A DNA stretch of 49,981 nt from an uncultured Eubacteriales bacterium (GCA_964500795.1 CAZCQI010000001.1:1-49981), one strand, 5' to 3'. Shown: positions 36,898 to 44,302, counted from the first letter of the stretch. A program made the numbers and translations. The notes: a model not told the origin generated them from the sequence alone.

Positions 36898-37661
36898 AAA
36901 TACGTATCGCAGATTTGCCCATAGAATGGCAAGAAGACAGGCAAAACTATGTTGAGACTTTCAGCTCTCAAACTCAGGAAGAACCGATAATGGTTGTAGG
37001 CTTTGAAAATAAGTTGCCTGAATGTCACGGAATTCAGTATCCTGAAAAAAATACAGAGCATATACTCAGAACGGGAAACGGCGAAATGCTTTGCGCAAAC
37101 TCAGATTGGAGCAAGGTAACGTCGTATTTCACAGCAGAGCTCGGCGAATACGCTTTGACTCTTGCTGCTATGTGTTCAAGATTATCCTATTACGATACGG
37201 TCCTTATTCACGCATCTTGCATTGACCTTGACGGAGAAGGCGTGATTTTTACAGGCTTTTCAGGTGTCGGAAAAACCACCCAAGCAAAACTGTGGCAGGA
37301 CTGCCGGGGCGCAGATATAATTAACGGCGATAAAGTTTTTGTTCGCGAAATTGACGGCAGCTTTTACGGTTGCGGTTTACCTTGGAAAGGCTCGTCGGAA
37401 TATTGCCTTAACAAAAAAACAAAGCTTAAAGCAATTATTGTTTTACGCCGGTCAAAAGAAAATAAAATAACAAAACTTAATACCCTCTCTGCTATAGAGT
37501 ATTTTATGCCTCATATCTTTATACCGCATTGGGATGAAAAATGCACCGATAATGCTTGCAGTATATTTGAAAAAATTCTTGAAAAAGTTCCTGTTTTTTT
37601 ACTTGAATGTCGTCCTGATGAGGATGCCGTCACACTTGTGGAAAATACGGTTTTTAAATAA
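36894..37661 (+). CDS. HPr-kinase-C-terminal-domain-like P-loop protein (putative peptide kinase)
   Basis: LIHASCIDLDGEGVIFTGFSGVGKTTQAKLWQDCRGADIINGDKVFV parallels the HprK core (H-x-x-x-V...G-x-G-V-L-I-T-G-x-S-G-x-G-K-S ... L-V-x-D-D). Start set at the ATG at 36894 (ATGA coupling). Confidence 0.62.
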   Translation: MKIRIADLPIEWQEDRQNYVETFSSQTQEEPIMVVGFENKLPECHGIQYPEKNTEHILRTGNGEMLCANSDWSKVTSYFTAELGEYALTLAAMCSRLSYYDTVLIHASCIDLDGEGVIFTGFSGVGKTTQAKLWQDCRGADIINGDKVFVREIDGSFYGCGLPWKGSSEYCLNKKTKLKAIIVLRRSKENKITKLNTLSAIEYFMPHIFIPHWDEKCTDNACSIFEKILEKVPVFLLECRPDEDAVTLVENTVFK

Positions 37662-37698
37662 TAAATCCGTTTCTTCATACGCGAAGCGTATATCATTG

Positions 37699-37737
37699 AA
37701 AAACACTCTTTTGTCGACCCGGCAAAAGAGTGTTTTT
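37699..37737 (+). terminator. Intrinsic terminator ending the RiPP-like operon
   Basis: 13-bp arms aaaacactctttt / aaaagagtgtttt followed by a T-run. A small atacgc-gaa-gcgtat hairpin sits at 37677-37691. Confidence 0.75.
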
Positions 37738-37775
37738 GTGTGGCATCGAACCCAAATATGCCTTAAATGAATAAA

Positions 37776-37805
37776 TAAAAACAGCTCACCGTATCGGGTG
37801 AACTG
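37776..37805 (-). terminator. Intrinsic terminator of tRNA-Gln
   Basis: On the minus strand, cagttcacc-cgatac-ggtgagctg followed by tttttattt. Confidence 0.65.
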
Positions 37806-37811
37806 TCTATC

Positions 37812-37885
37812 TGGCAGCGGGATAGGGATTCGAACCCCAACAAACAGAGTCAGAGTCTGTCGTGCTACCGTTACACTATCCCGCT
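37812..37885 (-). tRNA. tRNA-Gln (anticodon CTG)
   Basis: The reverse complement folds as a cloverleaf. Acceptor AGCGGGA/TCCCGCT, D stem GTGT/GCAC, anticodon stem ACAGA/TCTGT with loop CTCTGAC, T arm TGGGG-TTCGAAT-CCCTA, and an encoded CCA. Confidence 0.85.
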
Positions 37886-37898
37886 AAGAACGGGTGTT

Positions 37899-37927
37899 AT
37901 TATACTATCAGTTTTTCAGAATGTCAA
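37899..37927 (-). promoter_or_regulatory. Consensus sigma-A promoter for tRNA-Gln
   Basis: Minus strand reads TTGACA-N17-TATAAT, ending about 13 nt upstream of the tRNA 5' end. Confidence 0.7.
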
Positions 37928-38020
37928 GAGTTTATTCTAAAAAAATCAGAAAAAACCATAAAAAATTTAAAAAATTAAAGACAAATAAAAAAGAGGTTGT
38001 TTTTTGGTATTTGCGTCACC

Positions 38021-38049
38021 TTTACAAATCTGTATGTGTGTATTATAAT
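38021..38049 (+). promoter_or_regulatory. Sigma-A-type promoter for the MocR-like gene
   Basis: TTTACA-N17-TATAAT, 50 nt upstream of the ATG at 38100. Flanked by TTGGTA(T/A) repeats at about 38004 and 38054. Confidence 0.5.
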
Positions 38050-38099
38050 GCTTTTGGTAATACAAAAAGTATCGGAGAGGGGATTTATCACATAACAGG

Positions 38100-39185
38100 A
38101 TGAAATATATAGTTGATAAAAAAAATAAGGAGCCTGCATACATACAGCTTTACACTCAATTTCGTAATGATATTGTGAGCGGGGTTTATAAATACGGTGT
38201 TAAATTACCCTCTAAAAGGCTTGTTGCGACGGAAACAAATGTCAGTGTTGTGACGGTGGAGCACGCTTATGAGCTTCTTTGCGATGAAGGGTATGTACGA
38301 TCTAAGGAGCGAAGCGGTTATTTTGTTGAATACAGTGCCGAGGAATGCTTTCCCGTTGGGGAGCCGTCGGCAAATGAAAAAGCGGTCAAATACCATAACA
38401 TTGATACAGATTTTCCGTTTTCGGTGTATTGTAAAACGGTGAGACGGGTGCTCAGCGAATACGGAGAGGATATTCTTATTAAATCGCCCAATAACGGTTG
38501 CAGAGAGCTGCGCCGTGCCATAGCCGCATATCTCGTAAGAAGTCGCGGTATGAGAGTGGATGCATCACAGGTTATTATCGGTTCGGGTGCCGAGTATCTT
38601 TACAGTCTTATAGTGCAGATGCTGGGGAGAGATAAAATTTTTGCTCTTGAAAATCCGTCTTATGAAAAAATACGCAAGGTGTACGGTGCCAACGGTGTCA
38701 ATTGCGAAATGTTAAAAATGGGTGCCGACGGTATCAGAAGTGACGAGCTTGAAAAAACACTCGCCGGTGTTCTCCACGTCACCCCGTTTAACAGCTTTCC
38801 CAGCGGAGTTACCGCCACCGCTTCCAAAAGAAATGAATATGTGCGTTGGGTGAGAGAACGTGACGGTATTTTGATAGAAGATGATTTCGATTCCGAATTT
38901 ACCGTTTCCATGAAAGCGGCTGATACGCTTTTTTCTTTGGAGCCCGAAAGAACCATATATATGAATACATTTTCAAAAACCGTTGCCCCGTCTGTGCGTA
39001 TCGGTTATATGGTTTTGCCTGAAAAGCTTATAGCCACCTTTGAGAAAACCGTGGGCTTTTATTCCTGCACGGTACCTATACTCGAGCAGTATGTTCTTGC
39101 GCAATTTATAGATAACGGTGATTTCGAGCGGCATATAAACAGGGTGAGGAGGAAAAGAAGAAATAAATTGACGCGTAACGGATAA
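38100..39185 (+). CDS. GntR/MocR-family regulator (wHTH plus fold-type-I aminotransferase-like domain), apparently C-terminally truncated
   Basis: GntR wHTH (LPSKRLVATETNVSVVTVEHAYELLCDEGYV) and PLP-Lys motif NTFSKTVAPSVRIGYM. The ORF stops about 75 aa later, whereas my recollection is that MocR proteins run about 100 aa longer. Confidence 0.7.
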   Translation: MKYIVDKKNKEPAYIQLYTQFRNDIVSGVYKYGVKLPSKRLVATETNVSVVTVEHAYELLCDEGYVRSKERSGYFVEYSAEECFPVGEPSANEKAVKYHNIDTDFPFSVYCKTVRRVLSEYGEDILIKSPNNGCRELRRAIAAYLVRSRGMRVDASQVIIGSGAEYLYSLIVQMLGRDKIFALENPSYEKIRKVYGANGVNCEMLKMGADGIRSDELEKTLAGVLHVTPFNSFPSGVTATASKRNEYVRWVRERDGILIEDDFDSEFTVSMKAADTLFSLEPERTIYMNTFSKTVAPSVRIGYMVLPEKLIATFEKTVGFYSCTVPILEQYVLAQFIDNGDFERHINRVRRKRRNKLTRNG

Positions 39186-39203
39186 AATTTATATAAAAAA
39201 CAG

Positions 39204-39232
39204 TTGACATTTTTTATTTGTTATGGTAATAT
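39204..39232 (+). promoter_or_regulatory. Consensus sigma-A promoter for the tRNA-Ser pair
   Basis: TTGACA-N17-TAATAT with a TGg extended -10, ending 16 nt before the first tRNA. Confidence 0.7.
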
Positions 39233-39248
39233 ATCAAGGCTGATAAAT

Positions 39249-39337
39249 GCAGAGATACCGAAGTGGTTATAACGGAACGGTCTTGAAAACCGTCGTACGG
39301 CAACGTACCGTGGGTTCGAATCCCACTCTCTGCGCCA
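39249..39337 (+). tRNA. tRNA-Ser (anticodon TGA), class II with long variable arm
   Basis: Acceptor GCAGAGA/TCTCTGC, anticodon stem ACGGT/ACCGT with loop CTTGAAA, variable arm GTACG-GCAA-CGTAC, T arm GTGGG-TTCGAAT-CCCAC, and an encoded CCA. Confidence 0.85.
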
Positions 39338-39380
39338 CCTCTTTTGAGGACAATTTAATAACTGATTTCCAGTTACCAAT

Positions 39381-39471
39381 GCAGAAGTACTCAAGTTGGT
39401 GACGAGGCGCCCCTGCTAAGGGCGTAGGTCGGGAAACCGGCGCGAGAGTTCGAGTCTCTCCTTCTGCGCCA
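39381..39471 (+). tRNA. tRNA-Ser (anticodon GCT), class II with long variable arm
   Basis: Acceptor GCAGAAG/CTTCTGC, anticodon stem CGCCC/GGGCG with loop CTGCTAA, T arm GAGAG-TTCGAGT-CTCTC, and an encoded CCA. Confidence 0.85.
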
Positions 39472-39474
39472 AAC

Positions 39475-39506
39475 AAAAAAGATATCCCTTGGGATGTCTT
39501 TTTTGT
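39475..39506 (+). terminator. Intrinsic terminator after the tRNA-Ser pair
   Basis: aaaaaagatatcc-cttg-ggatgtctttttt hairpin (one G-U) with a T-run. Confidence 0.7.
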
Positions 39507-39723
39507 TTTGTGTAAAGTAAAAAAGAAGGGGAGAGACTCGAGCTTCCTGCTCTTTAAAATTACTAACGCGGAACAATAACCGTAGGGTACGGTCTTGACC
39601 GTACCGTTGTTCCTTCCTGAATTTACTAACCGAGAACAACGTTTAAAGTTATCCTTATTCCTTCGGGTGAAAAGTATCCAAAAACACACAGAATATATTA
39701 TATATATTTTCTTTTTATTACAG

Positions 39724-39752
39724 TTGATTTTAGCGAGAATTTAGTGTAATAT
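39724..39752 (+). promoter_or_regulatory. Sigma-A-type promoter for glgP
   Basis: TTGATT-N17-TAATAT, 55 nt upstream of the ATG at 39808. GGAGG RBS. Confidence 0.55.
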
Positions 39753-39807
39753 GTATAAAAGAGTATTTTAAAACCTACTTTTAGAAAATGTTTTTTGGAG
39801 GTTTTGT

Positions 39808-42216
39808 ATGAATTATAAGCTTACAAAGAATCAAGCAAAAGAAATGCTTGAAAACAAGCTGCTTCATTATTTCGGTATTTCCACCGAAAATGCAACATAC
39901 GAGCAGTATTATAAAGCAATTGCCATGATTGTGCGTGATATGATGGCGCAGGGCAGAGCGGAAAATTCAAGGAAAGCCGATGATGAGGGTAAAAAGCGCG
40001 TCTATTACCTTTCAATGGAGTTTCTTATGGGTCGCTCCCTGAAAAATACATTATATAACCTTAATCTCACAAATACTTTTGCAAGTGTTCTTAAGGATTA
40101 CGGTATAAAGCTTGAAAGCCTTTATGAATGTGAGCCTGATGCGGGTTTGGGTAACGGCGGTTTAGGCAGACTTGCCGCCTGCTATCTTGACGGTCTTGCA
40201 GCTCAGGGTTATCCTGCAAGAGGATATTCGATTCTTTATGAATACGGTATTTTCCGTCAAAAGCTTATCGAGGGCAGGCAGACTGAACTTCCCGATAATT
40301 GGCTTCCCGGCGGTGAGGTTTGGCTCGTTCCCAGAGAGAGCAGTGCAGTAGACGTTTGCTTCGAAGGCACGCTCAAGGAATCTTGGGACAATCAATACCA
40401 CAGCGTAGAAATAGTTGACGGAAACATTATTCAGGCTGTACCTTTTGATATGTTTGTTGCAGGTAAGGACGGTAAAGGTATAAGCTGTCTTCGCCTTTGG
40501 TCCGCGAAAGCACCCGAGTTCGATATGAAGTCCTTTAATCAAGGCGATTTTATGCGTTCCATGGAACGTCAGGCAATGGCTGAGGTTATCAGCAAGGTGC
40601 TTTATCCTATGGATAATCATCCCGAGGGTAAATCTCTCAGGCTTCGTCAGCAGTATTTCCTTGTTTCCGCTTCCGTTCAGGATATTATTCGCCACCATCT
40701 TCGTGAATACGGCACAGTTGATAATCTTCCTGAAAAAATTGCAATACACATCAACGATACTCATCCCACAATGGCTATTCCCGAGCTTATGCGAATTCTT
40801 CTTGATGAGTGCGGTTACGGCTGGGATGATGCCTGGAGACTTGTAACAAATACGGTTGCATACACTAACCATACCGTTATGAGCGAGGCTCTTGAGTGCT
40901 GGAGTGAGGAGCTTGTTAAACGCCTTATTCCCCGTATTTACAACATAATCAAAGAAATAGATAACCGCTTCCGTGCTTATGTCTGGGAATGCACCCGCGA
41001 TGCGGATTATGTTGAACGTACCGCAATCGTTTCGGGCGGAGTAGTAAAAATGGCTAACCTTTGCGTTGCGGCTTGCCACAGCGTAAACGGTGTTTCGGCA
41101 CTTCACAGTCAAATTCTCAAGGATTCTCTTTTTAACGATTTCTATAAGCTTACTCCCGATAAATTTACAAATGTAACAAACGGTATTGCTCACAGGCGTT
41201 GGCTTTGTCAGGCAAACCCCAAGCTTACGGCTTATCTTACGGAGCTTCTGGGCAGTGATAAATTTGTTTACGATGCGGAGCATCTTTCTAAGCTTGCCGA
41301 TTACAAGGATGATGAGGAGGTACTCTCAAAGCTTGAGAAAATCAAAAAGGCGAATAAGGAAGCCTTTGCAAAGCATATATACAAAACAACAGGCGTAAAG
41401 CTTAATACGGATTCAATTTTCGATGTTCAGGTGAAGAGACTTCACGAGTATAAGCGTCAGCATCTTAACGCGCTCAATATCGTTTCCGAGTACCTTGCAA
41501 TTAAAGAAAACCCCAACGGTAATTTTGTTCCCAAAACATATATTTTCGGTGCAAAGGCGGCACCGGGTTATTATGTTGCTCAAAGAATTATAAGCTTCAT
41601 TCTTGCTCTGGGCGAGATGATTGATAAGGACCCCGACGTTAAGGGCAGGCTTAAGGTTCTTTACGTTGAGGATTACAACGTAACAAATGCCGAAAGACTT
41701 ATGCCCGCAGCTGATGTTTCCGAGCAGATATCCCTTGCCGGAAAGGAAGCCAGCGGCACGGGCAATATGAAGCTTATGATGAACGGTGCTGTTACAATAG
41801 GTACTCTTGACGGCGCAAATGTTGAAATTTACGAAGCTGTCGGGGATGATAATATGTTCCTTTTCGGTATGAAGACCGACGAGGTTTCCGACCTTAGGAA
41901 AAACGGCTATAATCCGCAGAATTATTACAACAACAATCCCGAGCTTCGCAAGGTGCTTGATTTTATTTCGAGAGGCGGTATTGACGGTAAGGATTTCTCC
42001 GATATTTCGGGAACCATAATTCACCACGACCCCTTTATGGTGCTTGCCGATTTTGCAGATTATCAGAGAGCACAGAAGAAGGTAAGCGAAGCCTTTGCCG
42101 ACAGAACAAAATGGAACAGGATGTCGCTTCTTAATATTGCATATTCAGGCAGATTTGCCGCTGACAGAGCTATAACCGAATACGCTCGCAATATATGGAA
42201 TATACAAAAAATCTGA
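39808..42216 (+). CDS. glgP: Glycogen/maltodextrin phosphorylase (GT35)
   Basis: About 802 aa. N-terminal YYLSMEFLMGR, GLGNGGLGRLAAC, and the PLP-site EASGTGNMKLMMNGA. Confidence 0.95.
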   Translation: MNYKLTKNQAKEMLENKLLHYFGISTENATYEQYYKAIAMIVRDMMAQGRAENSRKADDEGKKRVYYLSMEFLMGRSLKNTLYNLNLTNTFASVLKDYGIKLESLYECEPDAGLGNGGLGRLAACYLDGLAAQGYPARGYSILYEYGIFRQKLIEGRQTELPDNWLPGGEVWLVPRESSAVDVCFEGTLKESWDNQYHSVEIVDGNIIQAVPFDMFVAGKDGKGISCLRLWSAKAPEFDMKSFNQGDFMRSMERQAMAEVISKVLYPMDNHPEGKSLRLRQQYFLVSASVQDIIRHHLREYGTVDNLPEKIAIHINDTHPTMAIPELMRILLDECGYGWDDAWRLVTNTVAYTNHTVMSEALECWSEELVKRLIPRIYNIIKEIDNRFRAYVWECTRDADYVERTAIVSGGVVKMANLCVAACHSVNGVSALHSQILKDSLFNDFYKLTPDKFTNVTNGIAHRRWLCQANPKLTAYLTELLGSDKFVYDAEHLSKLADYKDDEEVLSKLEKIKKANKEAFAKHIYKTTGVKLNTDSIFDVQVKRLHEYKRQHLNALNIVSEYLAIKENPNGNFVPKTYIFGAKAAPGYYVAQRIISFILALGEMIDKDPDVKGRLKVLYVEDYNVTNAERLMPAADVSEQISLAGKEASGTGNMKLMMNGAVTIGTLDGANVEIYEAVGDDNMFLFGMKTDEVSDLRKNGYNPQNYYNNNPELRKVLDFISRGGIDGKDFSDISGTIIHHDPFMVLADFADYQRAQKKVSEAFADRTKWNRMSLLNIAYSGRFAADRAITEYARNIWNIQKI

Positions 42217-42288
42217 CGTTTTTTCAGCTTTTTGACGAATTTAATGTAAAATCCGTGTATGTTTTTCTTTACTGTGATTAAATAACTA

Positions 42289-42317
42289 TTGACAATTTTG
42301 GCTTTTTGAGGTAATCT
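42289..42317 (+). promoter_or_regulatory. Sigma-A-type promoter for the repeat-protein gene
   Basis: TTGACA-N17-TAATCT, about 64 nt upstream of the ATG at 42381. Confidence 0.5.
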
Positions 42318-42380
42318 ATTATTGTTAAGAAAAAGTGCGGGCTGTGTCGGTTCGCGAAATGAAAGGGGTTATTTAACCAA

Positions 42381-43436
42381 ATGAAAAATTCAGATTTAAA
42401 AGTCGTTGCAATTATTTTGGCGATTGCTCTTTTTGCAACAGTTGTGACCAGCAATGCAGTTTCGGTTGCATCAATCGTTTACTTAGCTAAAGGTAGCACT
42501 GCAACTGTCTCCGCTTCAACAGGCGACGCCGACGCCACAGGTGATACAGGTTCGTCAAGCGGTTCTGTTGCAACGGGTGATACCGGCTCTGTAGTTGACA
42601 CGGGCTCCGTAGGTGATACAAGCTCCGCAGGTGATACCGGCTCTGCAGGCAGTTCAGCGTCAACAGGCGATACAGGTTCTGCAGGCAGTTCAACTTCAAC
42701 CGGAAGCACAGGTTCAACAGGAAGCACAGGTTCAACGGGAAGCACAGGTTCAACAGGAAGCACAGGTTCAACAGGAAGCACAGGCTCAACAGGCTCAGCA
42801 GGAACAACCTCAAACGCTTGGGATAAGGCAACAACTTATAATTTCTATAAAAAAGCTGCTCACGATCAGGCAACAAAGGGTACAGCCGGTTTTGATAAAA
42901 TTGAGTGGCAGGTTCTTGAGAATCTTGAGGTAGGTTCAGTAGGCTCCATTGTTCAGCCTATCATTGATGACCTTATGACAACTGAAGCAGAAGCAGAGGT
43001 TCAGGTTAATGAAAAAGGCTCCGACGAAGCAAAAAGACGTTTCCCTGATTGCACACTTACAGATCTCACTAAGGTTGCAAGTGCAACTAAGAAGGATCTT
43101 GCAAACGGCAACTATGAAATAACTATCATTATGCAGGATGAAGATACTCCTATGAAGTCAAATAACTTCCTTGGTCAGGTTACAAGCTCTGTTCTTTTCT
43201 GGGAAGATATTGAGGAAACAATTGCTGGTCTTCCGGTAAGCATCACCGTTAACAGCAAGTCTATTAATTATAAGGGTTACAAAATCGTTGCCGAAATGAC
43301 TAAGGACGGTAAATTCGTTTCTCTCGGCCATTATGCAACAGTTGATATTAAGGCTAACGCAAAGATTACTATTTTCACTGTTGATGTGGGCGGTATGCTT
43401 TACAACAACTGCAAATATTCAAACTTTAAGTATTGA
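42381..43436 (+). CDS. Membrane-anchored or secreted protein with a Gly/Ser/Thr/Asp repeat linker and an uncharacterised C-terminal globular domain
   Basis: N-terminal hydrophobic segment (VVAIILAIALFATVVTS). About 100 aa of GDTGS and GST repeats, then a ~210-aa non-repetitive domain. I recognised no family. Confidence 0.7.
   Translation: MKNSDLKVVAIILAIALFATVVTSNAVSVASIVYLAKGSTATVSASTGDADATGDTGSSSGSVATGDTGSVVDTGSVGDTSSAGDTGSAGSSASTGDTGSAGSSTSTGSTGSTGSTGSTGSTGSTGSTGSTGSTGSTGSAGTTSNAWDKATTYNFYKKAAHDQATKGTAGFDKIEWQVLENLEVGSVGSIVQPIIDDLMTTEAEAEVQVNEKGSDEAKRRFPDCTLTDLTKVASATKKDLANGNYEITIIMQDEDTPMKSNNFLGQVTSSVLFWEDIEETIAGLPVSITVNSKSINYKGYKIVAEMTKDGKFVSLGHYATVDIKANAKITIFTVDVGGMLYNNCKYSNFKY
42702..42791 (+). 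repeat. Five tandem copies of an 18-bp unit (ggaagcacaggttcaaca) encoding (GST)n, within a wider degenerate GDTGS-coding repeat zone (about 42530-42800)
   Basis: Direct reading shows units at 42702, 42720, 42738, 42756 and 42774, with 1-nt variants in copies 2 and 5. Confidence 0.85.
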
Positions 43437-43447
43437 TTGATTTTTCT

Positions 43448-43483
43448 GTACCCTCTGCTTTGCGGCAGGGGGTGCTTTTTTTT
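43448..43483 (+). terminator. Intrinsic terminator after the repeat-protein gene
   Basis: gtaccctctgc-tttgcg-gcagggggtgc stem (G-U pairs) followed by tttttttt. Confidence 0.7.
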
Positions 43484-43570
43484 GCGAAGAGAACTCAAAT
43501 TATGTTATTGCCTTTTGCAGTGCGGTATGATAGAATATGTACAACAGTTGTTTAGCGGAGGAACGGCTTC

Positions 43571-44302
43571 ATGATTTTATGGATACTTTTTTCAGCATTT
43601 GTCGTTATTGAGATAGTGTTTACGCCCCTGTATCTCAAAGCGTTGTGGCCCGAAAAATGCTTTAAATCACTTGTGTATAAAATGATTTGCTCAACTGCGT
43701 TTGTAGGTATAGGCGTAGTTTCAATGCTTATTTCGGGCAATACATCACGGTATGCGCTAACTATGATGATAGGCCTTGTTTTAGGCTGGATAGGTGACTA
43801 TTTCCTACACGCTAAGCCTACCAATGCCTATTTTGTTACCGGCTTTATCAGCTTTCTTTTGGGTCATATTGCGTACATTATAGCGTATGTTAATGCTATC
43901 CCTGTTGTTGCCCCCGATTATGTTACACCGAATATTGCAGAAATAGGTCTTATGATATTTATGCTCGGGTCGGCTGTGTTTGCGGCAAAAATGCTTAAAG
44001 TAAAGTTTAATCCGAAGCCTATGAAATATGCCATAATGGTTTATTCTGTGATTCTTGTTTTTATGTTTGTTAAGGCTTTTTCTTTGGGCTATTGCTATTA
44101 TACAAGGGGCGGTGAATACGGAGTTGTTGCTTTCCTTGTTTTGGCTGTGGGCTCGTTGTTTTTCGTTCTTTCGGATGCCTCTTTGGGCGCTATGATGTTT
44201 GGTGGGCAGAAAAAGAACTATCCTTTGAAAATTTTTAATATCATTACATATTTCGGCGGTCAAGTGATGCTGGCTTCCTCAATTCTTTTTATAAATGCCT
44301 GA
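43571..44302 (+). CDS. YhhN-family (lysoplasmalogenase-like) polytopic membrane protein
   Basis: About 243 aa and about 8 TM helices. Motifs LVLGWIGDYFL and FVLSDASL resemble conserved YhhN signatures. Confidence 0.55.
   Translation: MILWILFSAFVVIEIVFTPLYLKALWPEKCFKSLVYKMICSTAFVGIGVVSMLISGNTSRYALTMMIGLVLGWIGDYFLHAKPTNAYFVTGFISFLLGHIAYIIAYVNAIPVVAPDYVTPNIAEIGLMIFMLGSAVFAAKMLKVKFNPKPMKYAIMVYSVILVFMFVKAFSLGYCYYTRGGEYGVVAFLVLAVGSLFFVLSDASLGAMMFGGQKKNYPLKIFNIITYFGGQVMLASSILFINA

Noticed and set aside
37894-38103. 69-aa Lys-rich ORF between tRNA-Gln and the MocR-like gene
   Set aside because: It spans two divergent promoters in A-rich intergenic DNA, and its composition simply reflects poly-A tracts. 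No RBS was found.
39267-39689. 140-aa and 82-aa minus-strand ORFs
   Set aside because: They read through two tRNA-Ser genes and their terminator on the opposite strand, so they are spurious.
37740-39700. Looked for an integrase, prophage or att direct repeats around the three tRNA genes
   Set aside because: No recombinase ORF and no direct duplication of a tRNA 3' end was found. Only a short inverted fragment is present, and it is reported separately at low interest.
40162-42027. Long minus-strand ORFs (373 aa and 204 aa) inside glgP
   Set aside because: They are antisense to an unmistakable glycogen phosphorylase, and the translations have no recognisable domains. These are shadow ORFs.
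42479-42933. Three overlapping ORFs (100, 129 and 106 aa) with PVEPVL / LNLCF / QAQVQQE repeats
   Set aside because: They are frame and strand artefacts of the tandem GST/GDTGS-coding DNA repeats in the 42381..43436 gene. The repeats are also not a CRISPR array, because there are no unique spacers between units.
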